Assembly (NCBI RefSeq): GCF_036321535.1
Contig: NC_087441.1
Coordinates: forward strand, 18,662,001-18,726,000
DNA length: 64,000 nt
Direction of reading: 5' to 3'
From: Camelus dromedarius
Taxonomy: Eukaryota
Positions 60,721-64,000 of the stretch are shown here, piece by piece. The stretch's first letter is position 1; the number at the start of each line of letters is the position of its first letter. The notes beneath the pieces were generated by a model. The model did not search any database. It saw only the letters and a program-made list of their open reading frames with translations, and was not told the origin of the DNA. A program made the translations under genes and the position numbers.

Positions 60721-62199
60721 ATTTCTGAAATAAATATACAATACTCCATACCATTCTTTTCTTTAAAGCACCCATCTCACAAAAGGTGTATTTTTCTCCA
60801 CTTTAAAGTGGACAAGTAGGAAGGTTAGAGGAATTTGACAGCTATAAAAATAAGCCAGGCTGAGAGGAGGTGTCTGCCTGTCTGTCTGCTTTAGAGGGGG
60901 TGGTGAGAAAAAGGAGACTTCCGTGTATCTGTAATTACACACAGACAGGAAGGACCTAGGAGGGAGGGCGAGATGCTAGACTCCAACACTCAGTTTGCAA
61001 GAAGGGCTCGCTTATGGAGCCAAACCCTGGAGCACGAGTGAGAGAAATGTATCTGGATCCACACTCCCAAATTAGACGCAGTTAAGGGCACATCTTTCTA
61101 AAAATGAAACTCTCCAGGTTTAATGCTTTTACTTGTATCTGTCTTTCCAGTGAGTTTTCCACTTCAGTCCAAAGAAATAATTAGACAGATGTGAAATAAC
61201 TATGCCTGTGTCAGTCCATCTCTCCCCTCGTCTTCTAGTCTATTTGCTACAGAAATACTGGTGAAGAGGGAATTGCATTATTTAAAACACACCTTTTGCA
61301 ATAAATTCAAGTATCTCTATAGGTAAAATGATGAGGGTGCTGATCAGTTACTAAGATGAGGAGAGAAAATAGAAGATTAAGGCAAAACTCAACGTTATTG
61401 ACAGATCACACAGACTACGTAGACTTTCTCAAAGGCCTAATATTTTGCTCTCAGAAAAAGAACATATGCCTGGGAGAAAAATGAGGAGTATCTGTCTTTT
61501 GTTCATGTACTTTAGTGAAATATCATGCACTATAAATACAGTTTTTCAATAAGAAAAATCGTATTTCAAAAGTAGTTTCTTGAACTTTTTTCTCTAGAAT
61601 GTTTTAATGTTGAGCCTCAAGTTAAAACCAAGAGGTAAGATAATTTTTTAAAAAGGAAGTCGTTTTAATAAGTTTTCAAAATTGCAAGTCCATTAAAATA
61701 CAGTCCTTTGCACAAGATTATATTTACAATAAGCAGGAAGAACATGTTAGAAAGGAACACTATGTTTCCCCTTAAAAACTCAGGGGTAAAAATTCGTTTC
61801 CCATGGACCTCAGAGTTTAAGAAATTGGCCCATGAAGCACAGCACTCTTTGCTGAAAAGTATATAAACTGAAAATTAATGAGTAAAAAGATTTAAATATA
61901 GTCTTATATTGAAAAATGCATATTCTCTCATATTCAATTTACATAGCTATGTAAAAAGTTCATATGAGCTATGTATAATTTTTTGTTGAAAAACTTATTT
62001 AGGTAGGCCTGGACAGGGGAGATAAAATCCATAGTATGAACAAATATGTAAGAAACCTCGTATTCAAGCCACTCCCCCCAAAATACTAACACTATCCTCT
62101 GTGCCCAGGTATCCTCTAAGTCGCTGTTGAGCAATAGGATCCTGCCTCAAACCAGCTCTATCTTTATTTCACAGTCTACACTGTGGGTCTGATGTTTAT

Positions 62200-62850
62200 T
62201 TGCCTCTTTTTGAAAATTTGTAAATTCAGTCCATACCATTTCTGGGAATAGCAAACTTGGCAATTACCACCTGTGTAAAACAGTTCTTCCTTTTCTTTGT
62301 CTTAAATGTACCTCTTTAAAGCATCAAAAAGTCTAGATTAACTTAACTTAGTTGAAGATTAATTTAATTAATTTAGTTGAAGATTAGAAGAACACGTTCA
62401 TGTTTGCTTTTCTGATAAAAATGATGTTATAGCCAGCAATTACATCTTCTCTCCACTTTCATCATTTTAGACTGAAGAGTCCTAATCATTTTAGCCAGTT
62501 TTATAAAAACACTGAAAGCATTTGCTCCAAAACTGAGGTCTCCTTTGCTAGACTTCTCTCGCTCTAAAATCATTTCTTAAGCAGGAGACCAGAATCTGAG
62601 AGTAATCCAAATGCACAGTCAAGAAACACATACAAAGGAAGGAAATGTTTTCTATTTTCTTGCCTATTTCCTTCCAAATGACACTCTAAAAGCTAGGGTC
62701 CTTTTACACTGCAGCAACCCAAAGGCCAGTGTCTCCTGAGAACACTACAATTGCTCCCTCTCTTCCATCATCCAAGACCGTATACTACAAAATATAATTC
62801 ATGATGACAATGCTTTCTTGAAGTCAGTAAGAGAGTAAATCAAACAAAGA
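62200..62850 (-). mobile_element. CR1/L3 LINE fragment
   Basis: ttttagactgaagagtcctaatc..., ttcttaagcaggagaccagaatctgagagtaatccaaatg resemble antisense L3 ORF2. Confidence 0.6.
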
Positions 62851-62944
62851 TTTGGATAATCTTTCTTCAAAGCTTTAGCATTTCCCTCAGGACAAGGATA
62901 AGCTAACAAATCTGACTGAACCAGAGTTAAAAGCACATGCAATA

Positions 62945-63480
62945 ATATACCCAAAAGAATCAAAAGCAGAATCTCAAAGAAACATCTGCATACTCATATT
63001 CATAGTAACATTATTCACAAGAGCAAAAAGGTGGAAGAACCCCAAGTGTCCACCGATGGATGAATGTATAAACAAAATGCAGCAGATCCACACAGTGGAA
63101 TATTATTCACCCTTTAAAAAGGGAACAATTCTGACACACTGCACAGCATGGATAAACCTTGAAGACATTTTGCTAAATGAAATAAGCCAGTCACAAAAAG
63201 AGAAATACTGCATGAGTCCATATATATGAGGTACCTACAGGAGTCAGATTTCTAAAGACAAAAAGTAGAATGGTGGTTTCCAGAGGCTGAGGGGACAGAG
63301 GAATTGGGACTTATTGTTTAATAGGTGTAGAGTTTCCATTTTGCAAGACAAAAAGAGTTACAGAGGTGGACTGTGGTAACAGCTGCACAACAATATAAAT
63401 GTACTTAATACCACTGAACTGTTCACTTAGAAATGGTTATGATGGTAAATTTCAGCTACGTGTACTACACCTCAAAAAAA
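62945..63480 (+). mobile_element. L1MB-like 3' end
   Basis: ccccaagtgtccaccgatggatgaatg...ggataaaccttgaagacattttgctaaatgaaataagccagtcacaaaaag...gatggtaaatttcag. Confidence 0.88.
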
Positions 63481-63758
63481 CTAGGGAAAAAAGCCCCTGC
63501 AATAAATATTTTTAATTTCCATTTCAACCTGATTTTCAAAGAAGAGTCATTTAGTATGCTTTGACTCATACATTCCCCAACAAGACAAATGAGGAGATTT
63601 CACTTGGCTCCAATTTCATCTTTTAAAACTCGTATTTTTAATATATTCCTTTGTAATATAAAGGCAAGTATTCTGAATTCTAGAATCAGAATTGTTTTCA
63701 CTGTGACCATGCCTCTAGTCATCTTACTCCAGAGGGAAATATTTGTTCAAATTCACTG

Positions 63759-64000
63759 TGGGAGGTACCGCTGGTTACCTACTGAATCATTCTTTCTCCC
63801 CTTCTTGCTTTGAAGTCTAATCTCATTCTCATTTTTTTCCCTTGAAGTAAGATAGCCAGTTATAATATTCACCTCCCCCTGCAACTAGGGATAATCATAT
63901 AGACCAGTTTTGGCCAATGGTGAGCCAAAAGCCATGTGTATAAGTCATTCTGGGATCAGATTCTCCAGCCTCAGTCAAACCTTCACAGGACTGCAGCCCC
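63759..64000 (+). mobile_element. MaLR LTR (MLT1H/J-like), 5' part
   Basis: tgtgggaggtacc...ccccctgcaactagggataatcatatagaccagttttggccaatgg. Confidence 0.7.

Larger units (their letters stand above)
1..64000 (-). other. UTRN: Utrophin gene, partial (from within intron 2 to within intron 21); the gene extends beyond both ends of the window
   Basis: 19 exons translate in one continuous frame to the utrophin N-terminal region ([21 protein letters not shown] ... AERHQQLEN). Utrophin-type rather than dystrophin-type residues, e.g. [40 protein letters not shown]. Confidence 0.98.

Noticed and set aside
62348-62386. 14-bp direct repeat ttagttgaagatta around an AT palindrome
   Set aside because: A short AT-rich local duplication inside a CR1/L3 remnant; nothing suggests function.
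48956-64000. Utrophin promoter A (N-box/CpG island), exon 2 or exon 1B
   Set aside because: No CpG island and no MAKYGEH or MSGLAATT coding sequence found; these presumably lie further upstream, outside the window.
1-64000. CRISPR arrays, prokaryotic or phage systems, horizontally acquired genes, C/D-box snoRNAs
   Set aside because: Nothing of the kind was seen. No regularly spaced repeat-spacer array and no intronless foreign ORF; the C/D motif pairs I checked by eye lacked correct spacing or terminal stems. An Infernal/Rfam scan would be needed to exclude H/ACA RNAs.

Overview
Mammalian genomic DNA, probably from a camelid (inferred from two tRNA-Ala-derived SINE copies and young L1 3' ends; no Alu, Bov-A/BovB or PRE1 recognised). 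The whole window lies inside the utrophin gene (UTRN) on the minus strand. It holds 19 consecutive coding exons (exons 3-21 in classical numbering, with exon 2 carrying the ATG). Together they give 2628 nt of phase-consistent CDS covering CH1, CH2, hinge 1, the first spectrin repeats, polyproline hinge 2 and the following repeats. All visible splice junctions are GT-AG. Most of exon 9 is hidden in an N-run whose length fits the missing sequence exactly. Introns carry ordinary mammalian repeats (L1, L2, CR1/L3, MIR, MaLR and MER21 LTRs, hAT and Tigger MITEs, microsatellites). There is no prokaryotic, CRISPR or viral system. The best leads are candidate unannotated in-frame splice variants around the actin-binding domain: a 9-nt microexon at the position homologous to plectin exon 2alpha, and an alternative N-terminal or cassette exon about 8 kb upstream of exon 3. 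A CpG-rich, apparently fast-evolving exon 21 region also stands out. All of these are sequence-only hypotheses. Repeat family names and human protein comparisons are from memory, and repeat boundaries are approximate.
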